64,000 nucleotides of DNA from Candidatus Latescibacterota bacterium (GTDB lineage: Bacteria; Latescibacterota; UBA2968; UBA8231): positions 2,880,001 to 2,944,000 of the forward strand of contig OZ242005.1 in the NCBI GenBank assembly GCA_965204725.1, written 5' to 3'. The notes beneath the pieces are model-generated. The model did not search any database. It saw only the letters and a program-made list of their open reading frames with translations, and had not been told where the DNA came from. Position numbers and translations under genes: made by a program. Of the stretch, positions 39,541 to 49,096 are shown in pieces (within the stretch, counting starts at the first letter, position 1; every line of letters starts with the position of its first letter).

Positions 39541-40824
39541 CTACACCCCCGCCGGTGCTGGCCCCCCCGTCGCCCAATCCAACAGCTCGACAGTATGCAC
39601 GACCGGCACCTCAGCGCGGGCGGCGATTTGCTCCATGCAGCCGATGTTGCCCGCCGCTACGATCTGCGGCGCAACGCTAGCGATGTGCTCCACTTTGCGC
39701 GCTTGCAGCTTTTGCGCCAAATGGGGGCGCAGCATGTTATAAGTGCCCGCACTGCCGCAGCAGATATGCCCCTCGGGTACCTCAACAACCTCAAAGCCCG
39801 CTGCCCTCAGCAGGTGCCGCGGCGGCTCGGTGATGTGCAGGCCGTGTTGGAGCGAACAGGCGTCGTGATAGGCCACCCGCAGAGCCGGCGCGTGACGAGC
39901 CTCGCCCAACCCCAACTGCGCCACCACCTCAGAAACATCCCGCACTCGCTCCACCACCGCTTTGGCCTTGTCGGCCCACTGGGAGTCGTGGCGGAAGATG
40001 TGATCGTATTCCTTGATCGCCGTGCCGCACCCCGACGTGTTGAGCACAATCGCGTCTAAGCCGCCCGTTTCTAGCTCGCGATGCCAAACCGCAATGGCGC
40101 GCTGCATCAGTTCGCGGCTGTGCCGACGCTCTCCTAGGTGGAACGTCAGCGCACCGCAACAGCCCAGGTCCGGCGGAATGACCACCTCAGCCCCCAGCCG
40201 CGTCAGCAGCCGCACGGTCGCATCGTTGATCTGCGGCCCCAACACCCGTTGGACGCACCCGGTGAGCAGGGCCACGCGCAGCCGCGCCGTGCCCTCGGCT
40301 GGCACGACCCCGGGCCGAGCTACTGCCGCCGGGCGCGGCAACCGCTTGGGTGCCATGGCCAACAGCGGTCGCAGAGCGCGGGGCAGCAGGCCGGAGAACG
40401 CACGGCCCACGCCAGCCATTTTGAGCGCCCAGCGCGTGCGGCCGGGATAGGGCAACAGCCGCGTCAGCAGGGCGCGCAGCAAGCGGTCCGCCAGAGGCCG
40501 CTTGACGAGCTGGTCCAGCCGCGGCCGGGCCGTTTCCAAGAGGCGCGAATAATCCACGCCGCTCGGGCAGGTGGTCTCGCACGCGAGGCAGCCGAGGCAG
40601 TTGTCGATGTGCTCAACCGTCTGCTGGCTCGGGGGGACGTCCTCTTCGAGAACGCTTTTGATGAGGTAAATGCGGCCGCGCGGGCCTTCGAGTTCATTGC
40701 CGGTGAGCAAATAGGTGGGGCAGGTGGCGTTGCAAAAGCCGCAGTGGACGCAGGCGCGCAAGACCTTTTCGGACGCTGCAACCTCCGGGTCTTGCAGCAA
40801 ATGTGGGGGAATGACCGTGCGCAT
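39541..40824 (-). CDS. glcF: Glycolate oxidase Fe-S subunit
   Basis: 'CVHCGFCNATCP', 'CLGCLACETTCP', CCG domains. Confidence 0.88.
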   Translation of the reverse strand: MRTVIPPHLLQDPEVAASEKVLRACVHCGFCNATCPTYLLTGNELEGPRGRIYLIKSVLEEDVPPSQQTVEHIDNCLGCLACETTCPSGVDYSRLLETARPRLDQLVKRPLADRLLRALLTRLLPYPGRTRWALKMAGVGRAFSGLLPRALRPLLAMAPKRLPRPAAVARPGVVPAEGTARLRVALLTGCVQRVLGPQINDATVRLLTRLGAEVVIPPDLGCCGALTFHLGERRHSRELMQRAIAVWHRELETGGLDAIVLNTSGCGTAIKEYDHIFRHDSQWADKAKAVVERVRDVSEVVAQLGLGEARHAPALRVAYHDACSLQHGLHITEPPRHLLRAAGFEVVEVPEGHICCGSAGTYNMLRPHLAQKLQARKVEHIASVAPQIVAAGNIGCMEQIAARAEVPVVHTVELLDWATGGPAPAGV

Positions 40825-41291
40825 TACAGTTCGTCCCGCAGCCAGCGCGACAGGGCCTTGTCGGGCGCACTAATCTCCGCGAGCGAGGTGTAGTAATAGG
40901 CTTCCCAGCCGTCTTGCGGCAGGCCGGTGAACAGCATCAGGTTCAGGGGGTAGTTTTCCGAATCCGTGCAGCGGCGGAAGTCGTCGCGAAACAGGAAGGT
41001 CGGCTTGCCGAGGGCAATGGCCGCCCCCAGCTCGACCATCACCCCTTCGTCCGGGGGCGTCCCGTTGACAATGGCGAAGATCGCGTCGGCCTCAACCACG
41101 TCGCGCAAGTCTGCTTGGCCGACCGCATAGGCCCAGCCCGGCGCGGAAAAATCAACTTGGTTGTTGCGGGCAAAAGGCTCCCAGACTTCGGCCCCCAAGG
41201 CCCCTAACGCGGCGACAAACTGCGGCAAGAGCCGCTCCTTCCAATGAGGCGAGAATCCATAAGGACTAGCGAGATAGAGGGTCTTTTTCAT
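40824..41291 (-). CDS. Nucleoside 2-deoxyribosyltransferase family protein
   Basis: 'LYLASPYGFS', 'DEGVMVELG', 'NLML'. Confidence 0.85.
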   Translation of the reverse strand: MKKTLYLASPYGFSPHWKERLLPQFVAALGALGAEVWEPFARNNQVDFSAPGWAYAVGQADLRDVVEADAIFAIVNGTPPDEGVMVELGAAIALGKPTFLFRDDFRRCTDSENYPLNLMLFTGLPQDGWEAYYYTSLAEISAPDKALSRWLRDEL

Positions 41292-41384
41292 ATTCAACTC
41301 CAGCGTTGTGTATTATATGCTCTATATTCTGTAATATAGGCAGGGCAACGCAAATCTCTTACCTACAAAACGAGACGTCACCGC

Positions 41385-42419
41385 ATGGAAAAGCCAACCT
41401 TCATCCTCCGCGAAAACATCCCCCTCGCTTCCCTCACCACCATGGGCCTCGGCGGCCCGGCGCGCTATTTCGCCGAGTGTACCACGCTACCTGATATGCG
41501 CACCTGCTTGATGTGGGCGCTGGGCGAGGGCCTGCCCGTGCAAGTGATCGGCGGCGGCAGCAACGTGCTGTTTGCCGACGCGGGCTACCGCGGCTTGGTG
41601 CTCAAAATGGGCTTCACCGGCATGACCTTCTCCGGCGATACCGTTGAGGTCGCGGCGGGCGAGGACTGGGACGGCTTTGTGCAGTGCTGCGTGGAGCGCG
41701 GCTTGGCCGGCGTCGAATGTCTTTCGGGCATCCCCGGGTCGGTGGGTGGGACGCCCATCCAAAACGTGGGTGCTTATGGCCAAGAAGTAAAAGACACCAT
41801 CGTGGAAGTGCGCGCCCTCGACCGGCTGACCCTGTCGGAAACCTCGTTTGCCCCGGCCGAATGCGACTTTGCCTACCGTCAGAGCCGCTTTAAGGGGGCC
41901 AACGGCGAGCGCTTTATCGTGACCTCGGTGACGTATCGCTTGGATCCCAGCGGCCAGCCGCAAATCCGCTACCCCGAGCTGCGCCGGCACCTAACCGACG
42001 CCCAGCCGACCTTAGCCGCAGTGCGCGACGCAGTGCTCGGGCTCCGCCGCAGCAAGTCCATGGTCATCGACCCGCAAGACCCCAACTCCCGCTCGGTCGG
42101 CTCTTTCTTCCTCAACCCAGTCGTCAGCGCGGCCGCTTTTGCCGCCTTGCAGGACCGCTATCCGAGTGTCCCGCACTTTCCCGATGCGGCTGGCGTCAAA
42201 GTCCCGGCCGCTTGGCTCGTGGAGCAAGCGGGGTTTCACAAGGGGCTGCAAAGGGGCGGGATTGGCATTTCAGAGCGGCACGCGCTGGCCTTAGTCAATC
42301 GCGGCGGCACGACCCGCCAAGTCCTCGCCTTGGCCGGTGAAATTCGGGATGCGGTCGAGCAAACCTTTGGCATCCGGCTGGTGCAGGAGCCGGTGTTGGC
42401 GGAGGAGCCTCGGCCGTGA
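41385..42419 (+). CDS. murB: UDP-N-acetylmuramate dehydrogenase
   Basis: 'GGGSN', 'IPGSVGGTPIQNVGAYG', 'GSFFLNP', 'HALALVN'. Confidence 0.95.
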   Translation: MEKPTFILRENIPLASLTTMGLGGPARYFAECTTLPDMRTCLMWALGEGLPVQVIGGGSNVLFADAGYRGLVLKMGFTGMTFSGDTVEVAAGEDWDGFVQCCVERGLAGVECLSGIPGSVGGTPIQNVGAYGQEVKDTIVEVRALDRLTLSETSFAPAECDFAYRQSRFKGANGERFIVTSVTYRLDPSGQPQIRYPELRRHLTDAQPTLAAVRDAVLGLRRSKSMVIDPQDPNSRSVGSFFLNPVVSAAAFAALQDRYPSVPHFPDAAGVKVPAAWLVEQAGFHKGLQRGGIGISERHALALVNRGGTTRQVLALAGEIRDAVEQTFGIRLVQEPVLAEEPRP

Positions 42420-44935
42420 ACGAGGCAACCGCTCGTCGCAAGATCGACCGGCTGCTCGAAAACGCGGGGTGGCGCTTCTTCGACAGCGACGACGGGCGAG
42501 CCAATATCCGCTTGGAAGCGCAGGTCGCCCTCCAGCGCGACGACCTCGACCGCTTGGGCGACGATTTCGAGCGTTCCGGCCGAGGGTTCGTCGATTTCCT
42601 GCTCCTCGACGACCGGGGCTTTCCGTTCATCGTGTTGGAGGCCAAGTCCGAGGCCAAAGACCCCCTCGTCGGCAAGGAGCAGGCCCGCCGCTATGCCCGC
42701 TCGCTAGACTGCCGCTTCGTCCTCCTCTCCAACGGCAACCTGCACTACTTCTGGGACTTAGAGCGCGGCAACCCGCATATCATCACCGCGTTTCCAACGC
42801 CGGACTCGGTGGAAGGATACAAACAGATCGTTCCCAACCCGCAGCGTCTGATCGATGAACAGGTTGGTGCCGACTACATCGCCCTCACGCAGCGGCCCAA
42901 CTATGCGGCCGAGGCCGGGTGGCGCGACGAGGCCGAGCGACCCGGCTACATCGAGACGCACGGGCTGCGCTTTTTGCGCGACTATCAGGTCCGAGCGATC
43001 CATCGTTTGCAGCGGGCCGTCCGCGACGGGCGCGACCGCTTCCTGTTCGAGATGGCGACCGGCACCGGCAAGACGCTGGTGGCCGCGGCCGTCATCAAGC
43101 TGTTTCTCCGCACTGGCAACGCCCGCCGCGTCCTCTTCTTGGTCGATCGGTTGGAGCTGGAAGACCAAGCGGCGCGCAAGTCCTTCGTCCCGTACTTGAC
43201 TCCCGACTTCGACGCAGTCATCTACAAGGAAAAACGCGACGACTGGCGTCGGGCACACATCGTGGTGTCCACCGTTCAGTCACTGCTGTTCAATAACAAG
43301 TACCAAGCGCAGTTTTCGCCCACGGATTTCGACTTGGTGATTTCGGACGAGGCGCACCGCTCCATCAGCGGCAACGCCCGCGCCGTATTCGATTACTTCG
43401 TCGGCTACAAGCTGGGGCTGACGGCTACGCCCCGCGACTTTCTCAGAGGCATCCAAGCGACCGACCCGCGTGCGGTGGAGCGCCGGTTGCTGCTCGACAC
43501 CTACCGCACCTTTGGCTGCGAGCGGGGCGAGCCGACGTTTCGCTACTCCCTGCTCGACGGGGTGCGCGATGGGCATCTGGTCAATCCTCGGGTCATTGAC
43601 GCACGCACCGAGGTGACCACCCAACTGCTCGCCGCCGAGGGCTTTGTGGTGTCTTTCACCGATGACGAAGGCGAGCAACAAGCGGAGGCGTTCAAACGAC
43701 GCGATTTCGAGCGGGCGTTCTTCTCGGAAGCCACCAACGCGGTCTTTTGCCGGACCTTCCTAGAGAATGCGCTCCGCGATCCGATTAGCGGGGAGGTCGG
43801 CAAATCCATCGTCTTCGCCGTGAGCCAGACCCACGCGGCCAAGCTAACGCAGCTATTCAACCAGATCGCCGACCGCATGTTTCCGGGCCGGTATCAGTCG
43901 GACTTTGCAGTGCAAGTCACGTCGCACGTTGCGGACGCCCAGCAATTCGCGGTCAACTTTGCCAACAACAACCTCTTGGGGGCTGGCAACTTCATGCGTG
44001 AGTACCGGACGAGCAAGGCGCGGGTCTGCGTAACCGTCGGCATGATGACCACCGGCTACGACTGCACAGACATTCTCAATTTGGGCCTGTTCAGGCCGAT
44101 ATTCTCGCCGACCGACTTCGTCCAGATCAAGGGGCGCGGCACGCGCAAACACAACTTCCTCGACCTTATGATCGGGCACCGCACCACCGGCGACGCCGCG
44201 CCAGAAAAGACCACCTTCAAGCTGTTCGACTTCTTCGGCAACTGCCAATACTTCGAGACCGAGTTCAACTACGACGAGGTATTGGAACTGCCGCGGTTGC
44301 GCGATAGAAGCGGCGAGCGAGGGGACGAGCCAAGGCCGGTTGTATATGCTGGCCCCTACGAGCACTTGGGGAGCGACTTTCTCTCGACGATTGAGCAAGC
44401 GCAGATCGGGGCCGAGGGGATGAGAATTGACCGGATGTTTTTCGACCGCTTTGCCGACGAGGTGCGCGAAAACGACTTCATTGCCCAAGCCGTTGAAGCG
44501 GGCCAATGGGATCGCGCCATTGACTATGTAAATCGAGAAGTCTTTGACCAGCCCGAGGAGTACTACACCCTCTCCAAGCTGCGCCAAGCCGCGGCCGTGG
44601 ATCGCCGCGTGAGCTTGCGCGAGATACTGGAGAAGGTCTTTGACCTCATCCCGCGTTTTAAGTCGAGAGACGAGTTGCTCGAAGAGGAGTTCGCCAAATT
44701 CGTGGCGGATTACAAGCCCGACGAAGCGGCGTCTGTCGCGGCGATTCGGGCGTACTTCAAGGCGTATCTGACCAGCGGCCGAACCCGAGACATCATTGAG
44801 AACCGGACCTTCACCGAACTGGCGACCAATCCGGCCTTTTCCTCCCGCGACTTTCGCGCCGTGCCGGTGCCATACCGCGCCCTCGTTCCCGAGTATGTCA
44901 AGGATTACGTGTCTCTGAATCAGTTCGCCGTTTAG
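42416..44935 (+). CDS. hsdR: Type I restriction subunit R
   Basis: 'VDFLL..LEAK' nuclease, 'MATGTGKT', 'DEAHRS', 'QIKGRGTR'. Confidence 0.9.
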   Translation: MNEATARRKIDRLLENAGWRFFDSDDGRANIRLEAQVALQRDDLDRLGDDFERSGRGFVDFLLLDDRGFPFIVLEAKSEAKDPLVGKEQARRYARSLDCRFVLLSNGNLHYFWDLERGNPHIITAFPTPDSVEGYKQIVPNPQRLIDEQVGADYIALTQRPNYAAEAGWRDEAERPGYIETHGLRFLRDYQVRAIHRLQRAVRDGRDRFLFEMATGTGKTLVAAAVIKLFLRTGNARRVLFLVDRLELEDQAARKSFVPYLTPDFDAVIYKEKRDDWRRAHIVVSTVQSLLFNNKYQAQFSPTDFDLVISDEAHRSISGNARAVFDYFVGYKLGLTATPRDFLRGIQATDPRAVERRLLLDTYRTFGCERGEPTFRYSLLDGVRDGHLVNPRVIDARTEVTTQLLAAEGFVVSFTDDEGEQQAEAFKRRDFERAFFSEATNAVFCRTFLENALRDPISGEVGKSIVFAVSQTHAAKLTQLFNQIADRMFPGRYQSDFAVQVTSHVADAQQFAVNFANNNLLGAGNFMREYRTSKARVCVTVGMMTTGYDCTDILNLGLFRPIFSPTDFVQIKGRGTRKHNFLDLMIGHRTTGDAAPEKTTFKLFDFFGNCQYFETEFNYDEVLELPRLRDRSGERGDEPRPVVYAGPYEHLGSDFLSTIEQAQIGAEGMRIDRMFFDRFADEVRENDFIAQAVEAGQWDRAIDYVNREVFDQPEEYYTLSKLRQAAAVDRRVSLREILEKVFDLIPRFKSRDELLEEEFAKFVADYKPDEAASVAAIRAYFKAYLTSGRTRDIIENRTFTELATNPAFSSRDFRAVPVPYRALVPEYVKDYVSLNQFAV

Positions 44936-44942
44936 GAACCGC

Positions 44943-45036
44943 TATTCACGCATTTATCCAGAAAAACCGTGAATGGAACCCATTTTTCGCGGTCTATTCA
45001 CGGATATTTGACAATATAGCGTGAATACGATACCAT
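44943..45036 (+). promoter_or_regulatory. fic promoter with two inverted-repeat operators
   Basis: TATTCACG-N17-CGTGAAT at 44943-44974 and 44995-45027; TTGACA(45008)-N17-TACCAT(45031). Confidence 0.7.
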
Positions 45037-45042
45037 AACGAT

Positions 45043-45933
45043 ATGGCGACTACGCAGCCGATAAGAAACCGCATCCAGGGGCTGAAGCGGGCGTACGATG
45101 CCTTGCGCCGAGGCAAGGAATCGCTGCTGTCGATGATCGACGAAGTGGAGATACCAGAGCATGTGTACAACTCGAACGCGATTGAGAATTCAACTCTTAC
45201 GCTCGAGGAGACAGAGCGAGTCCTGTTGGAGCAGATGTTGTCCCGAAATGTGTCTGTGCGGGAATTATTTGAGGCGAAAAATCTAGCCCGCGTCACAGAA
45301 TACAAACGGGCTAAAGTTAAAGATAGCGAGCTGAACAAAGACCTGATACTGCTCTTACATAGGATGCTCATCGGCGGCATTAACGATGCCATCGCCGGTC
45401 GCTTTCGCCAGCAGGGGGAATACGTGCGGGTGGGTACTCATATCGCGCCGGCACCCGAACATGTAGAGCGCATGATAGACGACATTCTCATCGAGTATTC
45501 CAGCGATCTCAGCACCTATTTCCTCGATAAAATTGCCCGATTTCACTTGGATTTTGAGGGCATCCATCCCTTTTGCGACGGCAATGGTCGCTTGGGGCGG
45601 GTTCTCATCAATTTTCAACTCCTCCAGCACGGGCTGCCGTGCCTTATTATTCGCAACTCGGAAAAGGAGCGGTACTATCAGGCGTTTAGGAGCTATGAGA
45701 ACCGCCAAACGACTCGGGCGATGGAAGAGATTTTGGCGTTAGGGCTCGTGGAGGCGCTACACAAGCGGTTGGGTTATTTACAGGGGGAGGCCATTATCCG
45801 GCTATCAGACTATATCAAGCAGCATGGCCTCTCAGCACCGATGGTCACGAACGCCGCCCGTCGCCAGACTATCCCCGCTTTTCGCGAGAAGGGAGTGTGG
45901 AAAATCGGGGCGGAATTCGCGTACCGGAGCTAG
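45043..45933 (+). CDS. Class II Fic protein with C-terminal HTH
   Basis: Inhibitory 'SNAIEN', catalytic 'HPFCDGNGRLGR', HTH_17-like tail. Confidence 0.9.
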   Translation: MATTQPIRNRIQGLKRAYDALRRGKESLLSMIDEVEIPEHVYNSNAIENSTLTLEETERVLLEQMLSRNVSVRELFEAKNLARVTEYKRAKVKDSELNKDLILLLHRMLIGGINDAIAGRFRQQGEYVRVGTHIAPAPEHVERMIDDILIEYSSDLSTYFLDKIARFHLDFEGIHPFCDGNGRLGRVLINFQLLQHGLPCLIIRNSEKERYYQAFRSYENRQTTRAMEEILALGLVEALHKRLGYLQGEAIIRLSDYIKQHGLSAPMVTNAARRQTIPAFREKGVWKIGAEFAYRS

Positions 45934-45934
45934 T

Positions 45935-46015
45935 ATGCTCGACACTGCGACCAAACGCCGCATTGACACGACCCGCGACATCCTCGTCGCTGAACCAGTT
46001 CGTGGCAGGGTCTAA
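45935..46015 (+). pseudogene. Stub: first 55 bp of hsdM fused to an hsdR-like 3' end
   Basis: 45935-45989 matches 46484-46538; then TCGCTGAACCAGTTC (SLNQF) resembles hsdR 44912-44926. Confidence 0.75.
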
Positions 46016-46032
46016 CTCAAACGAGAGGTGGA

Positions 46033-46242
46033 ATGATGAGACAAGTCGTTGTTTATCCCGGCGAAGATGGGTATTGGGTTGCTGAATGTCCCAGCTTGTT
46101 GGGCTGCATCAGTCAAGGAAAAACGAAGCAGGAAGCCATTGCCAACATCAAAGAGGCCATTGAAGGATACGTCGCATCTCTTGAGGAAGACGGACTGCCC
46201 GTTCCCGAAGAACACTTTGAGGCCATGGTCGTGGCCGTATGA
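46033..46242 (+). CDS. hicB: HicB antitoxin
   Basis: 'YWVAECPSLLGCISQGKTKQEAIANIKEAI'. Confidence 0.9.
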   Translation: MMRQVVVYPGEDGYWVAECPSLLGCISQGKTKQEAIANIKEAIEGYVASLEEDGLPVPEEHFEAMVVAV

Positions 46243-46460
46243 GTAGTCTGCCGAGAATTTCAGGGCGGAACTGTGCCAGAGCTCTCAGTAAAATTGGATT
46301 TCGCCTGAGACGGCAGCGTGGCAGTCATATAATTTTGCGTCGAGACAATCCTTTCTCTCAGGTCGTTGTTCCCGATCATAAGGAACTGGACAGAGGCACT
46401 TTGCGAAGCATTATCAGACACGTAGAGATCAGTGTAGAAGATTTTGTGAAACTGTTATAG
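46239..46460 (+). CDS. hicA: HicA toxin
   Basis: 'RQRGSH', 'VPDHKELDRGTLRSI'. Confidence 0.9.
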   Translation: MSSLPRISGRNCARALSKIGFRLRRQRGSHIILRRDNPFSQVVVPDHKELDRGTLRSIIRHVEISVEDFVKLL

Positions 46461-46483
46461 CCGCATTCGACCGGAAAACGACT

Positions 46484-48994
46484 ATGCTCGACACTGCGAC
46501 CAAACGCCGCATTGACACGGCCCGCGACATTCTCGTCGGCAAGGTGCCCGATCCCAAAAGCCAAGTGGAGCAGATCACCATCGCGCTCATCTACAAGTTC
46601 ATGGACGACATCGACGCTGAGAGCGAGGAGTTGGGGGGGCAGCGCACGTTCTTTGCCGGCGAATTTGCCGGCTATGGGTGGGCTAAGCTGATGCGAGCCG
46701 GCTTGGGCGGCCACGAAATGTTGAACCTATACGCCGAGGCCATTGCGCGGCTGCCGGAAAACCCAGGCATGCCGCCGTTGTTCCGCAGCATTTTCAACAA
46801 CGCCTATCTTCCCTACCGCGACCCGGAGACCTTGCGCGCCTTCCTCAAGGTCGTTGACGAGTTTACGTATGATCACAGCGAGCGGCTGGGCGACGCCTTT
46901 GAGTATCTGCTGTCGGTGCTGGGCTCGCAGGGCGACGCCGGGCAGTTTCGCACGCCGCGCCATATCATCGACTTCATGGTCGCCGTCGTTGACCCTCAGA
47001 AAGACCAAACGGTGCTCGATCCGGCCTGCGGCACGGCCGGGTTCTTGATTTCGTCGTACAAGCACATTCTCAAGGCCAACACCGACGCCGAGGGGCACAG
47101 TACGCTGACGCCCGACGAAAAGGGGGCACTCGCGGCCAATTTCAGGGGCTATGACATTTCGCCCGATATGGTGCGGCTGTCGCTGGTGAATCTGTATCTG
47201 CACGGCTTTGTCGAGCCGCATATTGCCGAATACGATACCCTGACCAGCGAGGAGCGCTGGAACGAGTATGCCGACGTGATTTTGGCGAATCCGCCGTTTA
47301 TGTCGCCCAAGGGCGGCATTCGTCCGCACAACCGCTTTTCGGTTCAGTCCAAGCGCAGCGAAGTGCTGTTTGTCGATTACATTGCCGAGCATCTGACGCC
47401 GGCGGGGCGGGCGGGGGTCATCGTGCCGGAGGGCATTATCTTTCAGAGCCAGCGTGCTCACAAGCAGTTGCGGAAGATGCTGGTTGAGGAGTATCTCGTC
47501 GCGGTGGTGTCGTTGCCGGCGGGGGTGTTTCAGCCTTATTCGGGGGTTAAGACGTCTATTCTGCTGCTGGACAGATCGCTTGCGACAAAGACCGAGCACA
47601 TTGCCTTTTTCAAGGTGGAGAACGATGGGTTTGATTTGGGGGCGCAACGGCGGGAGATTGCCGAGAATGATTTGCCGAAGGTGAAGGAGGAGCTTGGCGA
47701 ATACTTGCGCCGTTTGCACATAGGAGAATCCGTGGCAGATTTCGCGCCAACGTTGGGACTGGTCAGTAAAAAAGAAAGAGTTGCAGAGGGTGGGGAATAC
47801 AATCTGAGCGGGGAAAGGTATCGGGAGAGTGGAACAAGGCAGTCTGATTGGCCGGTGGTCTCGTTAGGAGAGCAAGAGATTTTCAGCGTTGAAAGTGGTG
47901 GCACACCTAAATCAGGGGTCAAGGAATACTGGAATGGTGGCGTCCCCTGGATCACGCTGGTTGACTTGCCGACAGGCGATTTCATCACAGAAATTACTGA
48001 CACACAGAGGACGATAAGCGAGAAGGGTTTGCGGAACTCGGCTGCAAAGATGCTTCCTGCCAACTCTGTTGTCGTTTCATCAAGAGCGACCATTGGTCGA
48101 ATCGGTATCAATCGCATACCTCTCGCCACCAACCAAGGCTTCAAAAATGTCGTCATCAAGGATATAAATAGGGCAATTCCTGAATACGTTGCATTGGCAT
48201 TGACGAAATTGGTGCCGACAATGCAAGCCCAAGCCAGCGGCTCAACTTACAAAGAAATTATCAAGTCAAGGTTCAGTGAACTACGCATCCCTTTGCCGAC
48301 ACTGGAAGTCCAGCGAGAAATCGTCGCGGAGATTGAGGGCTATCAGCAGGTGATAGAGGGGGCGCGGGCGGTGGTCGAGAACTATCGGCCGCATATTGCG
48401 ATTGATCCACAGTGGCCGATGGTGGCGATTGGAAAAACCTGTATTGTGAATCCGCGAAAATCAGAACTCGCCGGACTCGATGAGTCAACGACTGTTTCAT
48501 TCGTACCTATGGCAGATATGGACGAAGGTACAATGTATTTTGCCCCAAAGGATTGCAAATGCCTGAAAGAGGTTGGTTCCAGCTATACCTATTTCAAGGA
48601 CGATGACGTGCTGATTGCAAAAGTGACGCCGTGTTTTGAAAACGGCAAAGCGGGAATTGCAAAAGGCTTGAGTAATGGAATCGGCTTCGGCTCAAGCGAG
48701 TTCTATGTTTTGAGGCCGTCGGAGGCCGCGCTTCCCGAATGGATTTTCCTATGCGTAGCCACGCCAGCCTTCCGTGCATGGGCGACGCCCCGAATGACAG
48801 GAACCGGCGGCTTGCAACGAGTTCCGAGGTCAGTGATAGAAAATTACAAAATCCCTCTGCCATCATTGACAATACAACAAGCCATCGTCACCGAGATCGA
48901 AGTGGAGCAATCTCTCGTTGTTGCCAACCGGGAGTTGATGGAGCGGATGGAGGAGAAGATTCGGACGGCGATTGGGCGGGTGTGGAACGGTTAA
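46484..48994 (+). CDS. hsdM: Type I N6-adenine methyltransferase fused to a two-TRD specificity subunit (HsdM-HsdS)
   Basis: 'GQFRTPR', 'LDPACGTAGF', 'NPPF'; two TRDs, each ending 'IPLP.L..Q..IV.EIE'. Confidence 0.92.
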   Translation: MLDTATKRRIDTARDILVGKVPDPKSQVEQITIALIYKFMDDIDAESEELGGQRTFFAGEFAGYGWAKLMRAGLGGHEMLNLYAEAIARLPENPGMPPLFRSIFNNAYLPYRDPETLRAFLKVVDEFTYDHSERLGDAFEYLLSVLGSQGDAGQFRTPRHIIDFMVAVVDPQKDQTVLDPACGTAGFLISSYKHILKANTDAEGHSTLTPDEKGALAANFRGYDISPDMVRLSLVNLYLHGFVEPHIAEYDTLTSEERWNEYADVILANPPFMSPKGGIRPHNRFSVQSKRSEVLFVDYIAEHLTPAGRAGVIVPEGIIFQSQRAHKQLRKMLVEEYLVAVVSLPAGVFQPYSGVKTSILLLDRSLATKTEHIAFFKVENDGFDLGAQRREIAENDLPKVKEELGEYLRRLHIGESVADFAPTLGLVSKKERVAEGGEYNLSGERYRESGTRQSDWPVVSLGEQEIFSVESGGTPKSGVKEYWNGGVPWITLVDLPTGDFITEITDTQRTISEKGLRNSAAKMLPANSVVVSSRATIGRIGINRIPLATNQGFKNVVIKDINRAIPEYVALALTKLVPTMQAQASGSTYKEIIKSRFSELRIPLPTLEVQREIVAEIEGYQQVIEGARAVVENYRPHIAIDPQWPMVAIGKTCIVNPRKSELAGLDESTTVSFVPMADMDEGTMYFAPKDCKCLKEVGSSYTYFKDDDVLIAKVTPCFENGKAGIAKGLSNGIGFGSSEFYVLRPSEAALPEWIFLCVATPAFRAWATPRMTGTGGLQRVPRSVIENYKIPLPSLTIQQAIVTEIEVEQSLVVANRELMERMEEKIRTAIGRVWNG

Positions 48995-49096
48995 TCTACC
49001 AAGATAACATAAGATGAATATGTATATTTCTCAAGTATCAGGACGGCAGATTCCGGCAACTCTTGAAATCCTTTTTGGCGAGGTTTCTACAATCAA

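Noticed and set aside
46727-47719. 330-aa antisense ORF (also 62745-63737) and other long shadow ORFs
   Set aside because: They lie antisense to well-supported genes in GC-rich DNA and have no recognisable motifs.
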